Source: Chrysemys picta bellii (taxonomy: Eukaryota). From it: a stretch of DNA of 64,000 nucleotides. Shown piece after piece: positions 47,423 to 59,300 of this stretch (position 1 is the stretch's first letter; every line of letters begins with the position of its first letter). The notes under the pieces are model-generated. The model did no database searches, had not been told where the DNA came from, and saw nothing but the letters and a program-made list of their open reading frames with translations. The DNA is taken from contig NC_088806.1 of the NCBI RefSeq assembly GCF_011386835.1, positions 30,814,001-30,878,000 of the forward strand, read 5' to 3'. The position numbers and the translations under genes are program-made.

Positions 47423-47515
47423 CATCCGAAGAAGTGGGCTGTAGTCCACGAAAGCTTATGCTCTAATAAATTTGTTAGTCTCTAAGGTGCCACAACTACT
47501 CCTGTTCTTTTTACC
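47423..47515 (+). mobile_element. Short Penelope-like insertion with a 12-bp TSD
   Basis: aaccaagaaagg at 47411-47422 and 47516-47527; hammerhead-like motif at 47422-47461. Confidence 0.85.
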
Positions 47516-47819
47516 AACCAAGAAAGGATTTTTAATATGTTGTTTTACAGCTTTGTTTAAAAAAGTGACCCCTGGAATTCTCATGAAGTAACAATTCTGG
47601 GGGGACTGTGTCTCCTAGGGGCTTGGGGGGGGGGGGTCGGGCCCCTGTCTGTGTGTGTCATTACACTAGGTTTTGGGGGGCATCCCCTGAGTGGTGTCAT
47701 GACGCTAGTTTTGGGGGGTGACCCCTGGGGTCATGATGCCCAGTTTTGGGGGGCATGTCCCCTGTGGGCCCCGTAGTGTCACTGGCCCCGGTTTGGGGAG
47801 GGGTTCGTTATACCCAAGG

Positions 47820-48015
47820 AGGCTCATTGCGGACCACAACTCCCACAAAGCCCTGGGCCAGCTAAAGGACCCACGTGACCTTGTCCGACGCCTGCACCAA
47901 TCCAGTGCCGCCGGGCCTCCCCGGCGCCCAATCAGGCGGAGGCTGGGGCGGGCCCTGCCGTTGCTAGGCTTAGATCAAGCCCGGAAGTAGTTGCTGGCCG
48001 GTCCAGGGCAACCCC
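47820..48015 (+). promoter_or_regulatory. CEP164 promoter (CpG-rich): ZNF143-like, E-box, 2x CCAAT, GC box, RFX half-sites, ETS
   Basis: accacaactcccacaaagccctggg 47833-47857; cacgtgac 47872; ccaat near 47897 and 47927; gttgctagg 47960; ccggaagt 47981; ccagggcaac 48003. Confidence 0.8.
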
Positions 48016-48135
48016 CAGGCGTCCATGGAAGCGGAGGGTGGGGAGCCCAGGCTGGGGGCCGTCTCCCCCCGCTGGCGCTGCCCGTAGGGACCGGGGGGGT
48101 GGCCCAGGCTGGGGAGGTGCGGGGGCCCGTGGAAG
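47990..48135 (+). other. CEP164: CEP164 non-coding exon 1
   Basis: AAG|GTAAGG donor at 48135/48136 directly after the promoter; start approximate. Confidence 0.65.
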
Positions 48136-48189
48136 GTAAGGCCGCCCTGTCATGGGCGTCTGCTGTAGGGGGCGCGGGTGTGCAAGGGG

Positions 48190-48345
48190 TGGGTAAGTAA
48201 GAGGTGGGTAAGTGTGCAAGGGGGATGGCGGTGAGTAAGCGTGCAAGGGGTGGGCAAGTGTGCAAGGGGGAGTGAGGGTGGGTAAGTGTGCAAGGGACGG
48301 GTAAGTGTGCAAGGGGGAGTGGCGGTGGGGGTGAGTGTGGGCGTT
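48190..48345 (+). repeat. Degenerate gggtaagtgtgcaagggg repeat
   Basis: About 6 copies read directly. Confidence 0.85.
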
Positions 48346-48814
48346 GAATGTGCAAGTGGAGGGGGAAAGCTGGTGCAGGACTCGGTGTGAGTGGGTGTGC
48401 ACAAGCTGTACCGTGGGAATGGGGAATGCCGTGGGGGTAAGAGTTGGGAGAGTTCCTGCTGAGAGCATGTGGGGGTGCCAGGGGAGTGTGCATACGGAAA
48501 GGATGAGAGGGAGCAAGTCTGTGTGCTGCAGGCGTGAAGCCCATCCCTCATTCTGCTTTTGGCAAGGAGATCATGAAAATCCGTTTCTATGCCAGCACTC
48601 TGCCTTGTTGTTTTTAATTTCCTCATATGTGGTGGTTAATGAAGGCATTAGCCACTAATACCAAGCTGGGAACAGCATACTCATTTCATGAGTGTGGTAG
48701 GTAGCTCATGGCTTCACAATATATGTTTGTGTGGTGATATATACTGTACACACAAGCACTTTGGTACATGTACAAATTGGGATTCAATTAACTGGAATAA
48801 GTCAGCATAGACCG

Positions 48815-49020
48815 GTTTCAGAGTAGCAGCAGTGTTAGTCTGTATCAGCAAAAAGAACAGGAGTACTTGTGGCACCTTAGAGATTAACACATTTATTTGA
48901 GCATAAGCTTTCTTGGGCTACAGCCCACTTCTTGCATCTGATGAAGTGGGCTGTAGCCCACAAAAGCTTATGCTCAAATAAATTTGTTACTCTAAGGTGC
49001 CACAAGTACTCCTGTTCTTT
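48815..49020. mobile_element. Penelope-like fragment as an inverted duplication
   Basis: Arms at about 48852-48931 and 48943-49020. Confidence 0.85.
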
Positions 49021-49599
49021 CTTCTGCTGCTAAAGACTGTGTGTGAGCGAGATGACTATAAACACTAGTAAAGAAATAAGAATGGAAGCACCTTAAGCTT
49101 AAATTGTCCATATTCAGATGTTTTAGGTCACGTATGTTCAGGAGAGAATGTGGAGTAGGATTTGTGGTGCTGCTTTGATCCTGTCGTCTTGAAAATACTG
49201 CAGTCTGGGACCTAGTAGGATTAATTGCTGGTTACGTGGCTCATTTTACATAAGAGAGTTAAAAATACAGAGCTGTCTGAGGTCATTGGAAAGGGAAAGG
49301 ACAGGGAGAGCTCAATGATGGGAGCAGTGTGGTGCTAGTATTTAGAGCTGTCATTGTTAGCGTGTTGACAACATTGCCTGGTACGCTGCCTGCTCTTGAT
49401 AGTGATGATTGACCGGTACAAAGGCACACAGGAAGTGAAAGACCCACTGAACATCACAGAGAAAAAGTGGATGGTGGTTTTCCGGGGCACTAATGGTTCT
49501 TTTGTCTGGCCTTTATGTGGGGTAAAACTATGAAATAATAATCACAAATAAGTGACTGTTCATGTTTAATATTGGGGATAGTCTTCTAATAACTTTATA

Positions 49600-51690
49600 A
49601 TTGGGACACGTTATCATCGTCATGGCAAATCCAAAGGGACATAGTCTCCTTGCAGATCAAGTGCCACCTGGATCGATCTCTCCCTAGATCTTTATGGTGG
49701 TCTGGCTGGATATTCAGTTTATATCTATCTTTTGGCAATCTTACCACACCACTGAAGCTTTTGGTAACCATGGTAATTGCTAGCTGTGTAGCAGCATTAC
49801 TTGGTTCACATGCTTCATAATACATTGGTCTTCCATTCTAGTAACGTGTCTGTACCAAGAAAGCCACTGAAACCGAACCAGGGCTGATGGAGGCAGTTGC
49901 TGGGTTCAACTTCTAATATTCTCATTTCTGATGCTGTCTTGCCACTTAATGTGGAGCAGCTCACAAAGACCTTGAGAATTAAAAACCTCAGTCTGGTGTT
50001 CTTCAGCACCCCCATCTCACTGCCGTACAACAGAGCTGGTATAACCATGGTTCTATGGATCTGTGGCTTTGTGGCATGTTTGATGCCACAAGGTCCCCAC
50101 AGAGGCTGCTGAAGGGCCTGCAACATGACAGCAGTTGCCGCTATACCAATGTCCACATCGTTTGAGCACCCTCCAGCACTGTCTGTGATGCTTCACAAGG
50201 ATATGACGGTTGCCACCTGCTTGATGTCCCATCTAGACAGATTAATACTAAACGGATTGTAATTTGGAACTGGAGGTCGCTTGATGGTGATGGCCAGGGA
50301 TTAACCAGACCGCTGCTTCTTGCCCAGCTAGATCAGTGATTCACCAATCTGAGCCAACAAGGCAGTGTCATTGGCATGTCTGAAATCTCAAAACAGAAGG
50401 GTGTTTAGCTCACTGTCACCGACAGCTGGCTCCTCAAGCTTATCCATAAATGAATTGGTGCTGATATTGAGTAACGATAGCGACAGCACACAGCCTAGCC
50501 GAACTCCTGTGGAAATAGGAAACCAGGTTGTGTATCTGCCACTGACTTGAACACCGCTTTCTGTTCCTTTTATAGCGCTCTTCTATCATTGACATTATCT
50601 TCCCAGGGATTCCAAGTCATCTCATCAGATCCTGCAAACTTGCTCAATGCACTGAATCAAAGGCCTGATGGAAGTCCATAAAAAGTGCTGCACGCAGCTT
50701 ATTAAATTCATCCATCTTCTCAAAAAGCCGTCTCAAGGTGAATGACCAGGTCTGAAGCCACACTGAGTATCCTGGCCTTTGCCATGAAGTGCATTGTTGA
50801 TTAAAGACATTAATATGGAAGCGAAGACTCTCCCTGGGATTGACAAAAGTGTAATATCTCTGAGTTGCTACATATGGCCTTATCACCCTTTTTGAACAGA
50901 GTAAAAATAATGCCGCCTTCCAATTGTTGGCGGTTATGTTAGTGCTCCAGAGGGTCTGGAAGAGTCTATGCAGCCTTGGTATAACAATACTCTCACCTGT
51001 CTTCAGTGATGATAGTAGTGGTGTTACAAACTCCTGGTGCCTTCCCAGGCTTCAGCTTACAGACTGGAATCCGGATCTCTTCTTCGCTGAAAGAAGGTGG
51101 TTCTACCGGAACTCCTTCGCTCTCTTCAGGCAGTGTATAATTGAGGAACATCATGATGTGGTCTTGCAGACTCTGGCTGATGCTGCTATCCCGTTTCTTT
51201 ACTGTACCACCCTCCACTGCAGACACTGCACAGTTGCATAGAGACTGTAGAGATTGTGCCTGGTGGCAGCCAGTCCAAAACTGGCTGCCTGAGTTGACCA
51301 CCAGGATTCCTGATCTTTCTTACACAATGACTGGATGCTGTTCCAAAGTTTAACCCGTTCAGCCTCTGCTTTTGCTCATGACCAATGTACCTTTTTTCTT
51401 AGATCCAGCTGCAGTGAGCATCTCCTCACCGATCAGTGCTTGATGTTTTGAAGGGCTGTGGCCACAGCCCTGAGCTGGCAGTCATCATTCTTGGTGACTT
51501 GAAACTACTCCATTCCTTCAGTCTGTAATGTTTCAACAGCCTTGAGCAGCCCAGAACAAAAAGCCATCTGATACCTCAATTCTAAGAATAGCTTTTGGTT
51601 GAATTGGACTAATTTCAGCCCCATTAACTGGCTGTTGTAGAAGTTGGAGGTGCACATTTGTCAGCAGAAGCTGATGGTCATGTCAAGTTT
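49600..51690 (-). mobile_element. Degenerate RTE-clade LINE (reverse transcriptase remnants)
   Basis: Minus-strand ORF pieces FSEEEIRIPVCKLKPGKAPG, FTLRRLFEKMDEFNKLRAALFMDFHQAFDSV and VIPALLYGSE. Confidence 0.75.
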
Positions 51691-51710
51691 AGCGCCATCG
51701 TGAACTTGTA

Positions 51711-51850
51711 AAAAGCAACAGACTTGCATCTGAAGAAGTGAGGTTCTTACCCACGAAAGCTTATGCTCCCAATACTTCTGTTAGTCTCAAAGGTGCCACA
51801 GGACCCTCTGTTGCTTTTTACAGATTCAGACTAACACGGCTACCCCTCTG
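51711..51850 (+). mobile_element. Penelope-like insertion with a 14-bp TSD and a canonical hammerhead core
   Basis: atcgtgaacttgta at 51697-51710 and 51851-51864; motif at 51726-51766. Confidence 0.88.
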
Positions 51851-52131
51851 ATCGTGAACTTGTACATCCATGACCAATGACTACCAATGATTTTTAACAA
51901 AGACATGATCAATAACAATTCTAGAGAAACCATCTGGCCTATACCAGGGCTGCTTGCGATTCTTTGTGTGTCGGAGGAGCGAGTCAGCAATCACCATATC
52001 ATTGGCAGCTGTCCTGGTCTGTAGAACCCACTGCGCTTCCCGCTCAGGGCCCCTGTGACCCTACGAGTGCCTCAGTGCCTACTGGCAAACTCCAGTCAGG
52101 CCTGACAAAGGCACTACACCTAACACATAGT

Positions 52132-53170
52132 TGTCATGGCATTTATCGATAAAGAATGTCATATAAGGTATCTAATGAAAACGTATAGTGTACTGGCCAT
52201 TAATATCATTGTGCAGTGTGTGTAAGAACAATACAGGAGGAATTATGGATACTTACTAATATTATGCTTTAAGTCTGTAATCAAACACAGAGGAAAAACC
52301 GGTTTTCTTCCAGACAGGAGAGGATGTAGTTATCTCCCTGTCTCTAATGTTAATTAATCAGGATTAGCTAAAAACAATGGGGATAACATTCACATATTGA
52401 GGCAACAAAAAAAGCAAATGAACGTAAGGACAACATTGACAGCTTGGCACCTACACCTCAAAGAGCAACCAGCGGGGCAAGGAACGTTGTCTCAGGATAC
52501 ACTTCACAGGGTGCATTTCAAAGGTGTCCTGGCCTATAAGAAGAGGGGAAAAAGACCCGAGGTTTATCGATTTACTGAGGAAACCCTTTGTAGTGCTTAG
52601 GGGAATCATGAAAGTCTGGATCCTGGTATGTCTGAATTCCAGCAAGCACTACAGGAGAAGTTTTAGATGAGAGCCTGTTTTAGAAAAGATTAAATTGCTA
52701 GAGTTAAGTTCTAGTCTTGCAGAAACTTTTTGTTTTAACCAGATCTTTCTATTATCTTTGCTTAGTATCATCACTTGAATTTCTGTTCTTTAGTAATAAA
52801 CTTATTCTTGGTTTTACTATATGTTCTCCTCAGTGTCGTAATACGAAAGTGAGGATCCTCAGTTCACCTAGCGGGCTGGTGTGCGCACTGTCTCTTTGGA
52901 GACAGAGGATTTGGTAATTTCTGTGGGTGTCCAGTGGCGGCTGGATGCGGAAGAGGCACATTCTTCCAGGGAGTTTCTGGAACTAGGGTTCGTCAAGTGT
53001 TACCTGCAAGGCACATTCAAAGCTGGCAGAGCTTTGGAGGAGGTTGTTTGGCTGGCTAACAGGCTGGGCTGACAGGGAGCTGTCACCCAGTTTAGCTCCA
53101 GCAAGTCTCTCTCTTGGTAAGAGGGTAATGAGGTCACCTATAATTCTGGGCTCCCCAAGAAAGTGTCACA
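52132..53170 (+). mobile_element. Probable solo LTR
   Basis: TGTCA...TGTCACA ends, tataag at 52535, AATAAA at 52795; no TSD recognised. Confidence 0.55.
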
Positions 53171-53289
53171 GCCCCACATGCATACCTGCTAATTAATCTG
53201 TAATGAGTGAAATTCATTGATCTCTAGCTAAGGACATTGGTTGTGTTTTCACTACTAGGTGCAGTCAGTGTGTCCCCTTATGAATGGAC

Positions 53290-53371
53290 ATGGCAGGACC
53301 CGCTATACGCATTGGGGATCAGCTCATCCTAGAAGAAGATTATGATGAAACATACATACCCAGTGAGCAAG
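53290..53371 (+). CDS. CEP164: CEP164 first coding exon (exon starts 53259)
   Basis: gacATGg at 53290; 82 coding nt; G|GTAACT donor. Confidence 0.95.
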
Positions 53372-56300
53372 GTAACTGGCACCTGCCTTCCTCAGAGCAG
53401 AAAAATTGGGCGTTCAGATATTGCAGGAGAATGGCAAAGCAGGCAGAATGAGTGATGTTCAGTGTGTTGGAGAGTTGAAAAGGTAGCTCGTGTTAGTGAC
53501 ACTCCATCCTGCTGTCGGTAGTGCATCAGTAACAGCCCGTCTCTCAAAGAAATTCTGATCTGCCAGCAAATTCAAGCCGGAGGGGTTGCAAGGCAAATTT
53601 AGAGGTTCGTCCAGTCAGACTGGCAGTGCCCTCACTAAGAAGCGGTGCCGAGTTGGCTCTTGGTTCCATTCCCTTGCAGCCGTTGGGACTGTCACAGAGG
53701 AAACCAGCCACCTGGGGCTGAGCAAGAGAGCCGAGCTCCTTTAGGAAAACGAGGGAGGAGATGGTGTCGGCTAGTGGCTAGAGCGGGACACTGGGATTCA
53801 GGGTTCTTGGGACCTGATTGTCCTCTTCCTTACACTGGTTTTCACTGCAGTAACTCCTTTGACTTCCAGACAGTTAATTCCGATGTATGGCAGTGAAATA
53901 GTAGAATAAGGCTCCTGGTTTCCATTCCCATGGATATACCTCCGTTTGTGGCTGCCTCTGTCTCCCACCCCTGCAGAGTTCAGCCTTGCCTCGCCCATTG
54001 TAAGATGCTCCCTGGCACATAGGCTGCACAGAGCTATAGAAAACATCCCAATTCTAGTGTCTTCAATGAGAGGGTTTCCCAGCACCCCTGGGCTGTACTG
54101 AGCACAGGTTTGCACAGGAATGCACAACCTTGCTTGTCTGCCCCGCACTGTCTTCTACTGACTTTTGTTTCCTCTACTTCTGTTCTACTACAGAAATTCA
54201 GGAGTTTGCCAGGGAGATAGGAATTGACCCTGAGAATGAGCCGGAGTTGATGTGGCTGGCCAGAGAAGGCATTGTGGCTCCTTTACCTCCAGAGTGGAAA
54301 CCATGGTGAGAACTTTAAATCAGCACTATTTCAGTAGATTGCCAATCTCTCCTTGCTAATCCCTCTCTAGGTGCTTGTCAAATAAGTAGGGGAAAGTAGC
54401 CTAGTGGTTGGAGCAGGGGACTGGATATCAGGGCTCCTGGGTTTTATTCCTATCTCTGTAACAAAACCAGTTTGTGATCCTGGGTAAGTCACTTCCCCTC
54501 CATGCCTGTACATGCCCCTGTAAAATGGGGATAATACAATACCGTACTTCACTGGGGTGTGGTGATGCTTAAAGAATGGTGGCAATGCTGCCCTTGCCCT
54601 AGGGAGAGGGAAGAAGTAGTTTGGGAAATGAGCGTGATGGAAGCAGGACTGTACTGTGGGGCAGCTGCTCCCCCATCCTGTGTATTTGGGGCTTTTCTGG
54701 GGCAGCATGCTCCGTTTCTGCTATGCACCAAAGGGAGCCTATGGCCAGCGCTTGTAAAGCCCTATATGTTCCTGAGATGACAGGTTCTGTGGCCACACAC
54801 AGCAGCATTGCTGCCAGCTGTGTGTGCTGATTCGCGGGCACAGAGCTGATGCCCTGACTCTCTCCTGTCTTTGTGTTCTGTTTTCCCCACGTCAGTCAAG
54901 ATATCACTGGCGACATCTATTACTTTAACTTTTCTAATGGCCAGTCCACATGGGACCACCCTTGTGATGAACATTACAGAGAACTTGTGATCCAGGAGCG
55001 GGAGAAGCTTTCGGCTCATGGCAGCATTAAAAAGAAAGACAAGAAGAAGAAAAAAGACAAGAAGGAGAAGAAAGACAAGAAGGAGAGAGAGCCAATGAAA
55101 CCTGCTGCGGTGAGTACACCTGAGGTGCTTGTTAGGGAGGGCCAGGAGAGCCAGCCTGAGCGTAAGTGACCAGCTGCGAGTTGGTAATGGCTGCTACTTA
55201 TTGTGGTATTAGAGGCTAGAATGAATGACTGGCATGAAGTGGCTGTGGGGGGGCTGTGCAGAGGAGCAGATGGAGGCAGGCATAGCATCACTTTTCAATT
55301 ATTGTTCTTTAACTTCATTTTTTAACAACTGGGCCAAATCCCTTAGTAACCTGAGGCCAGAGGAGAAATTGGCTTGTTCAGGGAAGCAGCTACTGTCAGT
55401 TTCACCCTCAAGGTCACTAAACTCAGCACTTGGTTTTCTGTGATGCTCCCAATGACTTTATGGTCTGAGGGGCCGTGAGGTGGAAGGAAGACAGGGCTCA
55501 GTGAATGCTCCCTCCCTCCAGTCTTCCTCTGGGACTGTGGAGTTGCTATGGTTCCAGAGGGGCCCTGTGGTGGCATGAGTAGTTCAGAGCCTCCTTCCTA
55601 AATCAAGTCAAGGCTACTGCAGGGCCCAAAGTGTTTCTTGTTTTGTTTGTGCTGGCCAAGGTTTTCTAGTACATAGTTCTTCCCAATTGACTGGGCCAAG
55701 GTATCAAGATGCTCAGGTGACTTTGAGTTAGACGGGTCAGTGGCACACCCAGAATGTCTCTAGGATCCTCCTGTTTCCTAATGCTTTGCCATACCCACGT
55801 TTGATCACAGGCCCTTGCAGAACATGGGCTCAGAGCCCTGAACTCAAGCCATTCCTCTTACTTCCTGCCTTTCCAGGATGGAGTGATTGCTGTGCTTAGA
55901 TGGTGGGTGGGTGGGTTGTAGAATTTTTGGAGCAGTTTTTCTCATTGGAAGGAACAACCAATGTTATTTATGAAGTAACTGTGCACCTGTTGCTATGGTA
56001 TCTAGGCACCAGGCACAGCCTTAAAAGCAATAGATTCATCTGTTTTGCAGTTGGTTGGCAACAAGAGTAGTCATCCCAATGGCAAACCATTCCTCCCTTT
56101 TCAAATAGAGAGAACTTTCCCAGTTCAACCAGTAATTGGGTAAATGTCAGGCTGATAAGATGTGCCTTGCACCAGACCTTGAAAGCCAACAAACTCTCGG
56201 GGGTAGAATCTTCCAGGCAGGGACCTCCATGGAAAAGGCCCAAGCCTTCAATTTGAGGGACTTCTGATAGTGTTTCTTATTTCAAATGCTCCAAGTACAT

Positions 56301-59300
56301 CCTGTTCCATTTCGTGCTGTAGATGAGTGTATGTATCGGATGTTGTGTATTTTAGTTATCTGCTAATATTTATTTATTTAGGAAATGCAGCCAGAGCCAG
56401 GGATTCTTCCTTCAACATCCTTTTATCGAATGTCCTCTCCCATCCTGTCCTCTGAGTGTGCAAGTCCTGATCTAGATCAGGTTAGCCAGATTAGAAACGA
56501 GGGCTTTCTTAAGAAAGGTAAAGGAAAGACCTCTGAGAGACCACCAGAAACAAGTGACTCAAACAGACAGTTTGCAGGGACTTCACCAAATAAACTGCAG
56601 CCACTTCTCACAGCAAAGTCCAGCAGAACTCACCAGATCTTAGCTGATGTGGAGAAAATTTTAGGAAGAACACCATCTTTTAGCAAATCAGATGTAGACA
56701 ACCAGCAGGGCCAAGACAAGTCTCCAAAAATTGGAGACCAGCCTTGTCTTAGTTTTTCTGACTCGGAGTCTGAAGGTTTAGATGTTGTTAGGACAAAGTC
56801 CATTTCTTATGTGTCAAAGAAATCGTGTTCACAAGACATTGAGAATGGGAGAAGTGTCCTTGATTCCCCCGAGGTTCTGGAGGACACAGGTATGCTCTTT
56901 GTTGAGGAAAAGCTGTCTGACAACCGGAAGAAGGAGGAAATGACAGGAGAGAGTGTCTGTCAGCCTGATGACGGCTTATCAGTCAGAGAAAGATCAACAG
57001 GACCTGGTGGTGATAAAGAAAGAGTCCCAGGTTTATCACAAGCCGATGAAAATGAAGCTTTCTTGACCCCCAGTGCCCCTGACCATATTTTTTACAGCAG
57101 GAAATGTGAAATGATTCTCTTTGATGCCAGTCCCACAGAAGACCTGAGTTTGATGGAGGAGGTTGATGTTCACTGTCCCCAACGAGAGCTGAGGGCACAC
57201 AGCAGAGCAGCTGAGAGCAGAAGGAAGAGAAAACTTCAGGATCAGGCATTGAGTCAAGCCACCAAACATTGTAAGAGCAGTGAGGCTGTTGGCAAGTGTG
57301 AGAGAGAGAGCTCAAAGCAGGCAGAGTTTGTTGAGTCTGAAGGAGCAGGCCTAGAAGCAGCCCCGAGAAAAGACCTATTCGACAGCCCCCCGGCAGTTCC
57401 TGAAGTGACTGCAGATACATTACCCTACACCAGACGGGTAGACGTTTATGCTCCAGCAGGAGCTGATATTTCTGCATCAGAGCCTGTTTCTCTCTCTGCT
57501 GTACAGCACAAAGACAAGGAGAAGGCTAACGGTTTGGGGCCTGATCCTGACAGCAGTGTTACAAGCAATTCAGCTGATCATTTTGCATCACAGATTTTGG
57601 GAGAGGTTGATAACTTCTCCTGGGATCTCCAGAGCTCTCGTGAGTCTGACAGACAGACAGACCTGGTTGCTGCTGTTGCTAAAGGGCCTCTACCCACTCA
57701 CCCTTTCACAGGAACTCTCCCAACTCCCCCACAAAGCTCAGCCAATGGGAAGTCGCAGAGTGACTGTAACTCTGAGGATGAGAAGTTCTATCCGCATGTG
57801 CAGGAAAACGATCAAGTACCTAGTCAGGAACATAGCTGTGTCAGTTTTAACATGAAACTGAGTAGGTCACGTGATGCCCCTGAGAAGAACAATGAGGGCA
57901 GACAAGAAGAAACAGGAGAAGGAGAGCAAAGGACAGAGCCAGTTCCTAGAGGGCTAGAGGCAGATTTGTTCACAGAGGGTTTACAGGTTTCTCCTGGTTG
58001 GCTTTATCGGACAGCTGAGTGCCAGGAAAGCAGCAGGCTCTGTCGACAGGTGGAAGGAGAGTTGACCCAGAGTGGAAAAGTGACTGAGGATTACAGCAAA
58101 CTGGAGCTTTGTGAAGGAGCAGGCAGTAATGAGGTAGGCAGCTTAGACTTAAAAATCCCTCTGTAACAGGTCTGCTGTTCCATTATAAATGAATCTGAGG
58201 AGTTGAGAATGGGCATTTTCTCTCTGCTGAGCTAAGTTTCAGGAGAAAGGGAAATTATCTTCCTGGTGGTAGTCACATGAGCTGATGTGACAGGTATATT
58301 TGGGGGTTTATTAAAGCTTTGAGGTGCAGGATGAAAAATACCCTCCTGCTGACCTTCCTGGCATGGTAAGCTCTACATAACTTACATCCTGGATGAATTC
58401 TACAATAATACAATATTATTTCTGTCTTCTGAACTATCGAACAGGTCACACAGAGCAGTCCATGGATTGGGATTATTACATTTAATTACAAAGTCATCTC
58501 TAGGAGCATCTCCCTTATTTGTTTTCCACTTACTTTGAGGCTTCAGCTGAGATCAGGGCTCATTGTGCTAGCCACTGTCCAAACACAGAACCAGACCCTG
58601 CCCTGAAGAGTGAGCAGTCTAAATAGATAAGATAGACCAATGGTGGGAGGAAGAATGTGTCTTCATTTTACGGACAGAAGCTGAGGCACCAAGAGTGATT
58701 TGGCAAAGGTTATGTAGGGGGTATGAGCGAGCCAGGAATTAAGTTCAATGCCTTAACCACAGGGCCACCCTTTCTGTTAAATTCAGAAAAACAAAGGTTG
58801 CATGAACTTGTTTTCTCATGGAAGTTGAGCGTTAGCACAGTGCCCCTCCTCCCCAGCCTTTTGCAGGTAGGTGCTGCACAAACTTCTTTGAGCAAACCTC
58901 AGTCCTGACCTGAACACCACTGCTGTTGTCTTATGACACATCTTGATAAACTCAAACCAGGTAAATTCATGGGAGAGCAGCAAAGGTGGGATAGACTGGT
59001 GCCATCTCGGAAAGCAGTCTTCTCCCTCTTTCCCCTTCGGCCCCGCTCTTGGGAAACCAAAAGACTCCAAAGTACCCATTAAAAGTGATGCCTCCCTGCA
59101 AAGCTGACCGTGAATCCCGGGGACATGGGAGTACGCAGCAGATGCAAGCAATGCTCTCTGACTGTGTTTTGCTTTGACTATCACGGGACAAACTCTCTCT
59201 GCCCTTCATATCTTGATAAAACAATTCAATCCAAAGTATTCTTGTTTCTTTTTAGAGCTCCCACCTCTTCATTATTAGGACAATTATCCTGGGCTACAAT

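Noticed and set aside
56983-57855. Secondary ORFs overlapping the large CEP164 exon
   Set aside because: Alternate-frame and antisense shadows with no independent evidence.
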